This document shows, piece after piece, positions 21,087 through 32,514 of a stretch of 64,000 nt of DNA. Within the stretch, counting starts at the first letter, position 1. Every line of letters begins with the position of its first letter. Position numbers and translations under genes: made by a program. The notes beneath the pieces were generated by a model. It worked only from the letters and a program-made list of their open reading frames with translations, searched no databases and had not been told where the DNA came from. Origin of the DNA: an uncultured Gemmatimonadaceae bacterium (GTDB lineage Bacteria; Gemmatimonadota; Gemmatimonadetes; Gemmatimonadales; Gemmatimonadaceae); the NCBI GenBank assembly GCA_963751275.1, contig CAVVTZ010000011.1, positions 32,001-96,000 on the forward strand, in the 5' to 3' direction.

Positions 21087-22895
21087 GTGACCTCGATCCC
21101 GATCCCCGATGTGCCGTGGCAGGTGACGGGCAATCATTGGCTCGCCCTGCCGTGCATCCATCCGGCCGACGCCTCCCTGCACGCGCTGGGCGTGCTCCAT
21201 CGCGGCGCCCGCGCCGCGCTCGAGTTCGCGGGCGGTCCCGACTTCCTCGCGGGTGCGGGCGTTCCGCTCATGCGCCCGGTGCTGCGCATCGATGGCGAAG
21301 AGCGCGTCCTGGGCGCGCAGGGGCTCGCGTGGGAGCGCGCGAACGGATGGCTGCCGACCTTCACGTGCACCGTGGACGGCCTCGTGCTGCGCGGCACCGT
21401 GTTCGCGCCGCACGGGCGCGACGCCAATGTGGCCGGGGCGGTGTACGCGCTGGCGGTGGAGAATCGCGGCAAGTCCGAGCGGCGCGTCACGCTCTCGCTC
21501 GAGGGCACGCTGGGGCACCGGCAGCTGCGCGTGCGGAGCGCGCGCGCGGCCGACGACGCGCATCGCGTCGTGGCCGCGCCCGGCGGCGTGGTCGTGCTCG
21601 AGGGGAGCGCGCAGCCCGGGCTCGCCGCGCTCGCGATCGCGGCCGACGGCGAGGCGCGGGTCGAGACCGGCACGGAGGCGCGTCCGCGCTTCGCGCTGCA
21701 TCGCGATCTCGTCGCGCCGGCGGGCGGGAGCGCGAGCACGGCGTACTACATCGCCGCGGGCCCCGAGCGCGACGGCGCCGAAGCGACCGTGGAGGTGATG
21801 CGCCGGCGCGGCTGGAGCGAGTTGCTCACGCTCACCCGCGATGCGCTGCAGGGGATGGAGCAGACCGTCGGCCACGACGGCATCGATCGCCTGATCAACC
21901 GCAACCTCCTGTTCGCGTATTTCTACGCGTGCGGCCGCGCGATCGACGACGCGCACTTCTATCTCGTGCGCTCGCGCGCGCCCTGGAACGGGCGCGGGAT
22001 CACGGTCACCGACTGGGAGTCGCTTTCGTGGACGCTGCCCGCGGTGCAGCTCGCGGACGCGCCCTTCGCGCGCGAACTCTTGTTGCGCTCCGGGGAGCTG
22101 CACGGCTATGCGCCGGGCAACGGCACGCACTACATGGACGGCACGTTGTTCGAACCCGGATTTTCTCTCGAGGGCGCCGCCGCGTTCGCGCTGGCGGCCG
22201 ACCGGTACATTCGGGACACGGGTGACGATGCGCTCGTCGAGGAGCCGGTGGTGGCCGACACGCTGTACAACGCGTGGGAAGATCTGAGCGCGCGGCGCGA
22301 CGAGCACATCCCGCTCTTTCGTACGGAAGTGACCCTCGCGGGGCAGCCCGCCTCGCACCCCTACCCGTTGCACGGCAACGCCGTGGCGGCGGTGGCGCTG
22401 GAAGTGTTCAAGCGCACGCTCGACGAGGAGACCGCGCGCACGGTGCAGGACCCCGAGGCGGTGCGCGCGGCGTTGCGGCGCCATTTCGCGGTGGAGCACG
22501 ACGGCAAGGTGGTGTTCGCTTCCACCGTGGACCTCGCCGGCGCGCACGATCTGCGCGAGGATGCGCACGCCTCCGCGTACTGGCTGCCGCTGTACGAGGC
22601 GGTGGAGCGGCACGACTCCGTGTACCGCCGCACGTTGCGCGGCGCATCGGAAGCGGGAGAGAGCGCGGTGCCCGGTGCCCCCGAGGCGCTGGCGCGTCGC
22701 TGCGCCATGCTCGTGGGGCCCGATGCCGCCGCCGCACTCAAATGGCTGCGCCGCGCGCCGCTCGACAACGGACTCGCCGCGGAATTCGTCGACGCCGAGG
22801 GACGAGCCCTGTCGAATGGCGGCGACGCCGCGCTCGCCGGCCTTGTGGCCTGGTGCGCGTGGTACGCCGTGCACGCGCTGGGCGCGCGGCCGTGA
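21087..22895 (+). CDS. Six-hairpin glycoside hydrolase-like protein (GH125-like)
   Basis: NRNLLFAYFYA..GRAID, HGYAPG..THYMDG..FEPGFSLE, APLDNGLAAE; resemblance from memory only. Confidence 0.55.
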   Translation: MTSIPIPDVPWQVTGNHWLALPCIHPADASLHALGVLHRGARAALEFAGGPDFLAGAGVPLMRPVLRIDGEERVLGAQGLAWERANGWLPTFTCTVDGLVLRGTVFAPHGRDANVAGAVYALAVENRGKSERRVTLSLEGTLGHRQLRVRSARAADDAHRVVAAPGGVVVLEGSAQPGLAALAIAADGEARVETGTEARPRFALHRDLVAPAGGSASTAYYIAAGPERDGAEATVEVMRRRGWSELLTLTRDALQGMEQTVGHDGIDRLINRNLLFAYFYACGRAIDDAHFYLVRSRAPWNGRGITVTDWESLSWTLPAVQLADAPFARELLLRSGELHGYAPGNGTHYMDGTLFEPGFSLEGAAAFALAADRYIRDTGDDALVEEPVVADTLYNAWEDLSARRDEHIPLFRTEVTLAGQPASHPYPLHGNAVAAVALEVFKRTLDEETARTVQDPEAVRAALRRHFAVEHDGKVVFASTVDLAGAHDLREDAHASAYWLPLYEAVERHDSVYRRTLRGASEAGESAVPGAPEALARRCAMLVGPDAAAALKWLRRAPLDNGLAAEFVDAEGRALSNGGDAALAGLVAWCAWYAVHALGARP

Positions 22896-24054
22896 GCCCG
22901 CCCGCCGGCGCGATCCGCGCGGCGGCGCTCTTCGCTTCCACCTTCGGCGGCCCGCCGGAGATCCTCGCCTCCGCGCCGGGGCGCGTGAATCTCATCGGCG
23001 AGCACACGGACTACAACGGCGGCGAAGTGCTGCCGATCGCGATCGAGCAGCGCACGTGGGTCGCGGCGCGCGCGAACGGCGGCGCCACGGTCCGCGCGGT
23101 ATCCGCGACGCAGAGCGAGGCGGGGGAATTCCCCGTCGCCGGCGCCGCGCGCGCGGGGCGGTGGTGGGATTATCCCGCTGGCGTCGCGATGCAACTCGCG
23201 CAGGAGGGCGTCTCCCTCGCCGGCGCCGATCTTGCCATCGCAACCGATCTGCCTGCCGGCGCGGGGCTCGCGTCATCGGCGGCGCTCGAGATCGCCGCCG
23301 GTCTCGCGCTCGCGCGCGTGGCGGGGCACGACGTGCCGCACCGGGATCTGGCGCTGCGCGCGCGCCGCGCCGAGGAGGAGTTCGTGGGCGTCGCGGTCGG
23401 GATCATGGACCAGCTCGCGTGCGCCCTGGCGGTGGAGGGCCACGCGCTCCGCATCTCGGTGCGACACGGCGGAGACGGAGCAGGTGCCCTACGCGGGCGC
23501 GGTGCTGGTGTTCGACACGCGCGTGGCGCGCCAGCTGCGCGGCGCGGCGTTCAACGAGCGCCGCGCCGAGTGCGAGCGCGCGCTCGCGGTGCTGCGCGAG
23601 ACGCGTCCAGGGTTGCGGTCGCTCGCGGCCGCCACGCCTGAGATGATCGAGGCGGCGCGCCTTCCCGCGCCGCTGGACCGTCGCGCGCGCCACGTGACCA
23701 CGGAGACGCGCCGCGTCGGCCGCGTCGTCGCGGCGCTCGAGCGCGGCGAAGCGCTTCCGGGCGGCGAGCTGCTCGCGTCGCACGAGTCGCTGCGCCGCGA
23801 TTTCGAGTGCTCCTGCGCCGAGCTCGACTGGTTCGTGGATCGCGTGATGCGCGAGCCCGGCGTGACCGGCGCGCGGCTCACCGGGGCGGGGTGGGGCGGC
23901 TGCGCGATCGCCGTCGGCGAGCGCGCGGCGCTCGAAGCAGGCGGCGTCGGCGAAGAGCCCGGAGTACGACGCGCGCTTCGGGCGCTCGTCGCGGTGGTGG
24001 ATCGCGCGGGCATCGGGCGGCGCGTCCGTAGGTGTTACTTCCCTGACACCGTAG
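22892..24054 (+). CDS. galK: Galactokinase-family GHMP kinase; frameshifts near 23458 and 23940
   Basis: APGRVNLIGEHTDYNGG, PAGAGLASSAA, GIMDQ, GARLTGAGWGGC. Confidence 0.88.
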
Positions 24055-24226
24055 GGGGTTTTACGGGTCTGTACGAACGGCTGGCCGAGAAGTACTGTTA
24101 TGCGCCGATGGTCGGCTGGGAGCGAGGTGCGTCCCCGCCGCTGCTCCATGTGAACGTTTCGCTCGCACGATTCCTTTCCCGATGGCCGCCATGGGGCGGC
24201 CCCTCGTCCCGCGAAGGAGGACGCAG

Positions 24227-25625
24227 ATGAAACTCGCCCGTGCTGCATGGTGTGTCGCGCTGCTGGCCGGCGTGATGCCCGCGGTCGTCAAGGCGCAGGG
24301 ATTCCAGCTGAACGAGATCGGTTCCTGCGCGCTCGCGCGCGGCCAGGCGGTGACCGCCGCGCCGTGCAACGACGCGTCGGCGATCTACTGGAACCCCGCC
24401 GCGACCACGTCGCTCTCCGGTTGGTCCGCGTACTTCGGCGCCGCGTGGATCAACGTCCGCGGCAGCTACACCTCCGATACGACCGGCACGTCGACGCCGG
24501 GCGCGGTGCCGCCGGCCTTCCCGCCGAACATCTTCGTCAATTACACGGCGCCGTCGCACAAGTGGGCCGCCGGACATCGGCGTGTACGCGCCCTTCGGAC
24601 TCACGTCGCAGTGGCCGAACGGCTTCCAGGGCAATTACATCGGCCAGAAGGCCGCGCTGGCGACGATCTACGTCCAGCCGAACTTCGCCTACTCGATCAA
24701 CAAGGATTGGTCGATCGGCGCCGGATTCATCTATGGCTATTCGACGGTGCAGTTGAAGGAAGCGCTCGATCTGTCGACGCAGCTCGCGAAGCCGGGCGAT
24801 CACGTTCGGCATGCTCGGCATTCCGCAGTTCACGCAGTTCGGGCTCGCCACCGTGAACGGCAGCGGCCACGCAGTACGGCTACTCGCTCGGCATGCACGG
24901 GAAGATCGGCTCGGACTGGCAGATGGGCGCGCGGTATCTCTCGCAGCTGAACTTCAAGTATAACAACGGCACGGCGAAGTTCACGCAGGTGACGACGGGC
25001 CTCGCGGTGCCCGAACTCCGCGGCCCGCCGCTCAACGTCCCGCCGGGCACGCCGATCGATGCACTGCTCACACCGCAGTTCCAGGTGGGCGGCCCGCTCG
25101 TCTCGCAGGGCGCGAACACGCAGCTCAATCATCCGTGGCAAGGTGAGCTCGGGATCGCGTACACCGGCTTCACCAACTGGACGCTGGAGCTCGACTACCA
25201 GGTGACCGGCTTCTCGTCGTTCAAGAACATCAATCTGCGCTTCACGGGTCCGGCCGCGGCCGACAGCCAGAACCTGATCGAGGACTACAACAATTCGTGG
25301 ACCATCCGCGCGGGCGCGGAGAAGGCATTCGCCTCGGGCGATCAAGGGCCGGATCGGCGCGAGCTACGTGAGCACGCCGGTGCCGGATGTGACCGTGACA
25401 CCGCTGCTGCCCGACCAGAACCGCGAGAACATCATGCTCGGTGTCGGCGTCCCGATGGGCGCCACGTGGTCGCTCGACGCGGCCTATGAGTTCGTGAACA
25501 CGCAAGGCCGGCGAGGGCGCGTGTTGAACCGCACGAGCGAATCGCAGACCGCCGCCGATTTGAATACGGGATGGTACGAACTGACCGCCAACATCCTGTC
25601 GGTCAGCCTCAAGGCCAATTTCTGA
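24227..25625 (+). CDS. FadL/OmpP1-family outer-membrane transporter; several frameshifts
   Basis: Signal peptide, QGFQLNEIG, DASAIYWNPA, YAPFGL, C-terminal SLKANF. Confidence 0.85.
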
Positions 25626-25656
25626 ACCCGCCACTCTGAATACGGGAGAATCGCCG

Positions 25657-26887
25657 ATGGCTCGCAAGCATTATCTCGTGGGTGGCGCGGCCGCGCTGGT
25701 CGCGGCGGCTGTGATCACCGGATGTCAGGATTCGAAGCAGATCATGAAGCAGGAGGCCGTGGACCCGCTCTTCCAGAACTATGCGGCGCTCGGGAACAGC
25801 GTCACGGCCGGCTATCAGTCGGGCGGCATTAACGACTCGACGCAGAAGCAGTCGTACGCGGTGCTGTTCGCGCAGGCGGCAGGGACGCGCTTCGCGATCC
25901 CGGCGATCGCGATGCCCGGTTGTCCGCCGCCGATCGACAATTTCCTGACCCTCCACCGCGTTACGCCGCCCGGCTACCCCGTGTCCATGTCCACAAGCTG
26001 TTATGCGCGTGACCCGGGCTCCGTCACACCGGTGGTGAACAATGAGGCCGTGCCGGGCGCGGCGTCGATCGATCCCGATGAGCCTGACCACCGTGAATTC
26101 GAACGCGCTCACGATGTTCATCCTGGGCGGCTCGACCCAGGTCGTGCGCGCGCAGATGGTGAACCCGACGTTCGTGTCGGTGTGGATCGGCAACAATGAC
26201 GTGCTCTCGAACGCGCTGAGCGGACTGCTCGGCGCGGTGCCGCCGTACCAGACGACGGCGATGACCAGCGTGCCGACGTTTACGACGAACTACAAGAACG
26301 ACGTGAACAATCTGCGCAGCTCGCCGTCGATCAAGGGCGGCATCCTGTTCGCCGTGCTCAACGTCACCAACCTGCCCACGCTCTTCCAGGCGTCGCTGCT
26401 CCACACGAATCCGGTGGACAGCGCGACCTTCGCGTTGGCCTCGGGCGGTCCGTTCGTGCTCGATCCGTCCTGCTACAACCCGGTGCCGCTCATTAACATC
26501 CAGATGGCGGCCTCGATCGCGAGCGGCGCGCTGCCGCACGTGGTCATCTGCAAGAAGGGCGTGCTCCCCGCCCCCGTGGGCGACTTGTTCGTGCTCGACT
26601 CGGCCGAGGTGCCGGTCGTGCTCGCGACGATCGCCGGCTACAACGCCTACATCCACGCGAAGGCCGATTCGATCGGCTGGGCGTACATCGACGTGAACCC
26701 GGCGCTGGCGGCGCTCAAGGCGAACGGCCAGGTGCCCGCGTTCCCCAACCTGTCGCCGACGAATCCATTCGGCGCCTACTTCTCGCTCGACGGGATCCAT
26801 CCGTCGGGGCTCGGACAGCAGACGGTGGCGGACTCGATGGTCTCGGTCGTGAACGCGTTCTATGGGACGTCGCTGACGCCTCCGTAG
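25657..26887 (+). CDS. SGNH/GDSL-type lipolytic lipoprotein; frameshift near 26077
   Basis: Lipobox ITGC; ALGNSVTAGY, WIGNNDVL and FSLDGIHP blocks. Confidence 0.8.
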
Positions 26888-26908
26888 GTTCGCGGTACGG
26901 GTGGAACC

Positions 26909-26942
26909 GGGGCGCGCCGTTCGATCGTGAACGGCGCGCCCC
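26909..26942. terminator. GC-rich hairpin after the GDSL gene
   Basis: GGGGCGCGCCGTTC / GAACGGCGCGCCCC. Confidence 0.55.
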
Positions 26943-26996
26943 GCGTGCGTTCGGCCCTCTTGTCGCGGTTTTCGCGCCGGACTAACTTGCTCTCAC

Positions 26997-27069
26997 GCGG
27001 GAATAGCTCAGTTGGTAGAGCACAACCTTGCCAAGGTTGGGGTCGCGGGTTCGAGTCCCGTTTCCCGCT
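26997..27069 (+). tRNA. tRNA-Gly (GCC)
   Basis: Cloverleaf GCGGGAA/TTCCCGC; anticodon arm CAACC-TTGCCAA-GGTTG; T-loop TTCGAGT; CCA not encoded; upstream TTGTCG-N17-TAACTT. Confidence 0.97.
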
Positions 27070-27134
27070 CTCGAGCGTCTGATGGAATGCGGGAGCGGTC
27101 GGATGCCGGCCGCTCCCGCTTCGTTCTTGCACCG

Positions 27135-27216
27135 GCCCGGGTGGCGAAAGGTAGACGCGGGGGACTTAAAATCCCCTTCCGGCAACGGAGTGCGGGTTCG
27201 AGTCCCGCCCTGGGCA
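27135..27216 (+). tRNA. tRNA-Leu (TAA)
   Basis: GCCCGGG/CCTGGGC acceptor stem; GGGGA-CTTAAAA-TCCCC; long variable arm. Confidence 0.96.
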
Positions 27217-27265
27217 TAGACGATTGCGCGCTGCACCTCGCCCGCTTCGTTTGACGGCGCCGGCA

Positions 27266-27306
27266 GAACGAAAGAGCGCAACCCGGGAGGGCTGCGCTTT
27301 TTCGTT
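27266..27306. terminator. Probable bidirectional terminator
   Basis: GAACGAAAGAGCGCAACCC / GGGCTGCGCTTTTTCGTTC between the convergent tRNA and lipoprotein gene. Confidence 0.6.
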
Positions 27307-27345
27307 CACGGTCAACGCGCTCGATGCCCGAATTGCTCCGCGTCG

Positions 27346-27801
27346 CTAGCGCACGATGAGCAACTGATTGGAGCCGTAGTATCGGGGCTGCCCGCTGGCG
27401 TGCGCCACGGTCCCGTCGGACCAGAGCTCGATCGAATCACCTTCGGCGACGTCGCCCGGCTTGGCACTCCACAAAGTCCCATTCCGCCAGCTTGACGAAC
27501 ACAGGGCTGACCCAGGCAGTCGTACCGATCTCGCCATCGATCAACCCGATTTCACCGACCGAGCCGAAGCCCGTCCTGAAATAGACGCTGTAGATGTCGC
27601 CATCGAATCCGTTCGGCTGCCCGCCGTTCGTATGGATGTCCCGGTGACGCTCCCCCCGAGATTCGGTGCGCTGGTGTCGGGGAGGGAGGTGACCCGCTGA
27701 CCACCGACGAGCAGAGGCGTTGGTGCAGCCGGACTACTACACGCAGCCACGATCGCGAGGCAGATCGCGGCCGGTAGGATGGAACTGGCGCCGAGTCGCA
27801 T
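27346..27801 (-). CDS. Hypothetical lipoprotein (island cargo); probably two compensating frameshifts
   Basis: Lipobox IVAAC, upstream AGGAGG; middle part reads best in another frame (DIHTNGGQPNGFDGDIYSVYF). Confidence 0.55.
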
Positions 27802-28231
27802 AGGCTATCCTCCCTTGAGACTTCTTCGACGTCGCGCGGCGCGGGGCTTCGTAATTCAGCCGAGCGCCTGGATGATGAGTATACCGCGCGGATCATGGTT
27901 GTTCCACGGTTTCGGGGCCGCCTTGTGCGGTAGGCTGGGAGTAGGCTGCAGTCGGTGCGTCTCGGTGCGTTTCCTTGCGCGTTGTTGCGTCGTAGCGCAA
28001 CGTAACTCCATATGGCACGGGGTCGAGAGGCTCTTGAAATCCCCTTCCGGCAACGGAGTGCGGGTTCGAGTCCCGCCCTGGGCATTGCACGACGCAGGTC
28101 GCGGCAGTCGGACCGCGCGAATCGCGCGGGACACCTGCGGTGCGAGCGCGTGACGCCCTTCCCGCGCGGCGCGTCGTCGTGGGAGGCGCGGTGATCCGCC
28201 CGCGCTGTGCGGACACCCACGGCCCGGTGCC

Positions 28232-28895
28232 ATGAAGGATCTCACGTTCGACCCCTACGATTACCTCGGCTACCTGATCATCGGCCTCGTGGCGCTTATC
28301 GGCTGCCAGGCGGTGTTCGGGGCACCGCAGATCCTCGGCCGGCACTTCAGAGCGGCGGACCTCACCGGGCTGGTGGCATCCGCGGTCATCGCCGGCAGGT
28401 TCATCGGGAAGGCCGGCGAAGTTCTTCATGGAAGACATCGCCGTCGGCAAGCTCATGCTCCCCCCGGGCGAGGTCCTCTGGGCCCAGCGCAGCAGGCCGG
28501 TGCTCGCACGACTGCTGCCTGGATACTACGCGCCGCTCGAGGCGTCGCTCCAACAGCGCGTCACGTCGAAGGTGCTCGCGGAGGGCGCGCCGGCCTTGGG
28601 CGGCGAGGAACTCCTGCAGCACATTCGTTCCCACGAGCGCATTCGGGCGGACAGCGCGCTCACGGCGAGGCTGCAAGCGTTCCTCAAGCGCTCCGGCTTC
28701 GCGCGCAATCTCAGCTTCGTCGCGGGAGCGTTCGGCGTGACCGTTCTGCTCGTCTCGCCCTTTCAGGCCGACGGCGCTCGAACGCTGCTCGCCCTCTTTG
28801 CCGTGATCGCCGCCGGTATGCTCTTCGTTCGCTTCATCAAGCTGTACCGTCGCCACGCGATGGAACTGTTCGAAGGCTACGCATCGCTGAGCTAG
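28232..28895 (+). CDS. Hypothetical membrane protein; frameshift near 28410-28425
   Basis: FDPYDYLGYLIIG N-terminal TM pair joins ORF 28428-28895, which has a C-terminal TM pair. Confidence 0.6.
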
Positions 28896-28921
28896 CGGCG
28901 GTCATAACCTCCTGTTGCGAT

Positions 28922-28949
28922 GAGGGGCCTCCCGACGGGGAGGCCCCTC
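28922..28949. terminator. Hairpin between convergent genes
   Basis: GAGGGGCCTCCC / GGGAGGCCCCTC. Confidence 0.65.
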
Positions 28950-28975
28950 TTCATTCACGGAACAGCAGCGTGCGG

Positions 28976-31900
28976 CTACGGATCGAACGGATCGAAGTCC
29001 TCGCCGCCCGCGGCTGACGCGCCATCGCCCACGTAATTCTCCACGCGCAGCACCTGATGCTGCGACGCGCCCTTCCACGTCAGCGTGACCAGGTAGTCGC
29101 CGGTCTCGACGAGGCCGGCACCGCGCCGGCCGAAGAACCCGCCGCCCGGCAGCGCCTTCGCCGCACGCAGCGCGCCCAGCACCTCGCGCACCACGTCCTC
29201 GCTCACCATTCCCTCGGGCGCGGCACCGCCGGGGCCACCAGCGCCACCCGCGGCGTGGGGCGCCTTCGTCGTATCTACGGCGCCGGCCTTGTGCGTCGTA
29301 TCCGCCGCGCCGCGACGTCCGCCGGCTCCCGGCACGCGCGGCAACGGGCTCTCGGCTGCGCGCTCGTTGAAGCGTCCACCACCACCGAAGCCGCCGCCGC
29401 CACCACCCTGCAGGAGATCGAAGATCGTGCCCTTGTCGAGGTGCTCACGGATGATCGCGATATCGGCCTTGCTCGCTGTCCCCGCCGTCTGGAGCGAGTC
29501 GAGCACGTGGTCCATCTTGCGCGCGCTGATCACGCTGTCGCGCAGTCCGGCCGGCGTGAGCGGCTTCGACTTGGCCGGTTTGGCCGCCAGGTTCCACGTC
29601 ACGGTGTGCATCCCCGCGCCGCCGCGGCCGTTCAGCGTCTGCATCGTGTCGCCCTTCATGTTCGTGATCACGATCTTCACGGTGTCCTTCGGCGTGCCGC
29701 CGGAGATGCGGTACGCGATCCCCGCGCCGAACGGCGCATTCCGTCCGCTCCACGTGCCCTGTCCCTCCGAGATCTCCGCGCCCGGCGCCTCGCCGAAGGC
29801 GTAGGCGGTCTTGGGCGAGAACAGGTAGGCGTCCTTCGACATCACGCTGTCATTGAGCTGCTGGAGCACCGAGACGTCCGCGATCCAGATGCCGCGGCCG
29901 TGCGTCGCCGCGATGAGGTCGTGGTCGCGCGGATGGATCTTGAGGTCGTGCACCGGCACTGTGGGCAGGCCGTTCATGAACTTCTGCCAGCTGGCCCCAC
30001 GGTCGCGCGAGATGTACGCGCCCACGTCGGTGCCCACGTAGAGCAGATCGCGGTTCACGGGATCCTCGCGGATCACGTGCAGGAAGTCGGGGCCGCCCGT
30101 GGGCAGATTCCCAACGATCGACTTGAACGTCTTTCCCCAATCGTTCGTGACGTACGACGTACGGCGCGAAATCGTTCGTGCGGTGGCCGTCGAACGCCAC
30201 GTAGAACGTCGCGCTGTCGAAGTGCGACGGCTCGATGCGCACCACGTACGTCTTGGCCGGCACGCCCGGGAAGCGGCCGGTGAGGTTCTCCCACGCGGCG
30301 CCGTCATTGTGCGTGAGCCAGACGTTGCCGTCATCGGTGCCCGCGAAGAGGAGCCCGGGCTGGATGTACGACTCCGCGAGCGCGGTGATCGTGCCGTACG
30401 TCTCCGCGCCGGTGACGTCGTTGCGTGATGCCGCCCGTGGAATCCATGCTCCAGCGGACCTTCGCGCATGTCGTGCGTGGAGAGGTCCGGCGAGATCGGG
30501 ACGAGGTTGTCGCCGCGATCGCTGGACCGGAGCACCCGGTTGCCGCCGATGTAGATCGTGGACGCCGAATGCGGGGAGATGAAGTACGGCGTGTTCCAGT
30601 TGAAGCGCATGTCGAGATCGGTCGAGTCCTTCAGCTGCATTGCCCGCAATTCGGCGAGCGCGCTTCTTCATCGCGGACGGTTCCGGCTTCGTGGTGTCGC
30701 CGCGGTCGGCGAGGATCGAATCCTCCACCAGCAGATACGTCGGGCGCCACGAGGGCTTCACGATCGGCTTACTCTCGCCCGTGCGATAATCGAGCCGGCG
30801 GATGTTGCCGCCCTGCGACTCGGCGTAGATGATGTTCGGGTTCGTCGGGTCCTGCGCCGTGTAGAATCCGTCGCCGCCGCCCACCGTGAACCAATCGAAG
30901 TTGGTGATCGGATTGCGCACCTTCCGGCTCGGCCCGCACCAGCGCCGTTGTCCTGCAGGCCGCCGCACACGCGGTACGGCACCGCGAAGTCGTAGCTCAC
31001 TTCGTAGAACTGGCCGATCACGATCTTGTTCAGGAAGTCGAAGTTGCCGCCGCGATCCCACGTCTGCGACACGCCGCCGTCATCGCCGACGAGGAAGTGT
31101 TCGCCATCGTTCGGGTCGATCCACATCGCGTGGTGGTCCACGTGGATGCCGATCGTGCCGTTGCCCACGGTCTTGCCGCCGTCATCGGAGAACTTGAACG
31201 GCGTGCTCGACCAGTACACGCGATCCGGGATTCTGCGGGTCCACGCGCACCTGCGAGTAAGTAGAACGGGCGCACGTCGCTGTCGTTCATCCATCGTCCA
31301 GGTCTTGCCGCCGTCCTCGGAGCGATAGAGGCCGCTGAGCAGCCGCTGCTTGACCGGCGCCTTGGTCTTCGCGCCCGCCGAGTCGCTGCCGGCGCGAGCA
31401 TGGGTGCTGCTTGGTGCGCATCGAGTCCGCCTCGACCAGCGCGTACACGATCTTCGGATCGCTGCGCGCGATGGCGATGTTGATGCGCCCCATCATCGTC
31501 GCCGGGAAGCCGCCGCCCTCGATCTTCGTCCACGTCTCGCCGGCGTCGGTGGTCTTCCAGAGCGCCGGAGCCGGGGCCGCCGCTCTTCAGGAAGTACGGG
31601 CCGCGCACGCGCTCGTAGCTCGACGCCTACAGCGACGTCGGGGTTCGACGGATCCATCGCGACGTCGACGAAGCCCGCCTTGTCGCTGATGAACTTCGAT
31701 GAGCTTCCACGTCTTGCCGCCGTCGGTGGTCTTGTACGAGGCCGCGCTCCGGGTTCGCGTCCCACGCGTGGCCGAGCGCCGCGACGTAGACGATGTTCGG
31801 ATCGGTCGGGATGCACGACGATGCGCCCGATCTGCTGCGTCTTCTCGAGGCCCATGAACTTCCAGGTCTTGCCGCCGTCGGTGGTCTTGTAGACGCCGCC

Positions 31901-32281
31901 GCCCGGGGAGATCGAGTTGCGCGTGTTCTGCTCGCCCGTGCCGGCCCACACCTGATTCGTGTCGCTCGGCGCGATCGCGAGCGCACCCATCGACACGACG
32001 CGTTCGCTGTCGAACACCGGGCGGAAGGTCGTGCCGGCGTTCGTCGTCTTCCAGATGCCGCCGCCCGCCGCCGCGACGTAGAACGTCTTCGACGGACTCG
32101 GGATGCCGGCGATGTCGGCGACGCGGCCGCCCATGTCGGCGGGGCCGATGTTGCGCCAGCCGAAGATGGTCATGCTCGTGGAATCGAGCGGCGCGGTGCG
32201 CTGTTGCGCGTGGACGGAGGCCGGGAGCACCAGCAGCCCGGCCGTGAGAGCCACCAGGGCGATCGAACGATGTGGATTCAT
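28976..32281 (-). CDS. Large secreted BNR/Asp-box (VPS10/sortilin-like) glycosyl hydrolase-like protein; many frameshifts
   Basis: Signal peptide, WRNIGPADMGGRV, repeated xTTDGGKTW Asp-boxes, LIAATHGRGIW. Confidence 0.85.
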
Positions 32282-32514
32282 GGGGTCGCGCTTCTCCGAG
32301 AGGTGTCGCAGCCGCCAGCGAGGAATGATCTGCGGCGTGGGGAACGCCCGAGATGTGGGCGAACCTGTCTTTACGCGCAAGCCCGCCGCTCCGTTGCGCG
32401 AGAGCTTCGGGCCGCGAGCGGTTTGGGGCACTCCCGGCCGGGTCGTTTGTGGCGTAGCATTCTCCGGGTGGGCCCGAGCGGGGTCGGCTGTTGCCTTCAG
32501 CGAGGTGATCGAAG

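Larger units (their letters stand above)
27169..28085. mobile_element. tRNA-Leu-integrated mini-island or remnant, bounded by 49-bp direct repeats (27169-27217 and 28037-28085)
   Basis: Exact duplication of the tRNA 3' half starting at the anticodon loop; no integrase inside. Confidence 0.8.

Noticed and set aside
20196..22874. Long antisense or alternative-frame ORFs (892 aa here; also 8471-10492, 42801-44930, 60555-62228)
   Set aside because: They are Arg/Ala-rich shadows of real genes, expected in high-GC DNA, and show no motifs.
27538..27543. In-frame TGA in the island lipoprotein as a second selenocysteine
   Set aside because: There is no redox motif, and the region reads more protein-like in another frame, implying two compensating frameshifts.
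28037..28085. Second tRNA-Leu gene
   Set aside because: Only the 3' half is present; it is an att-type duplication.
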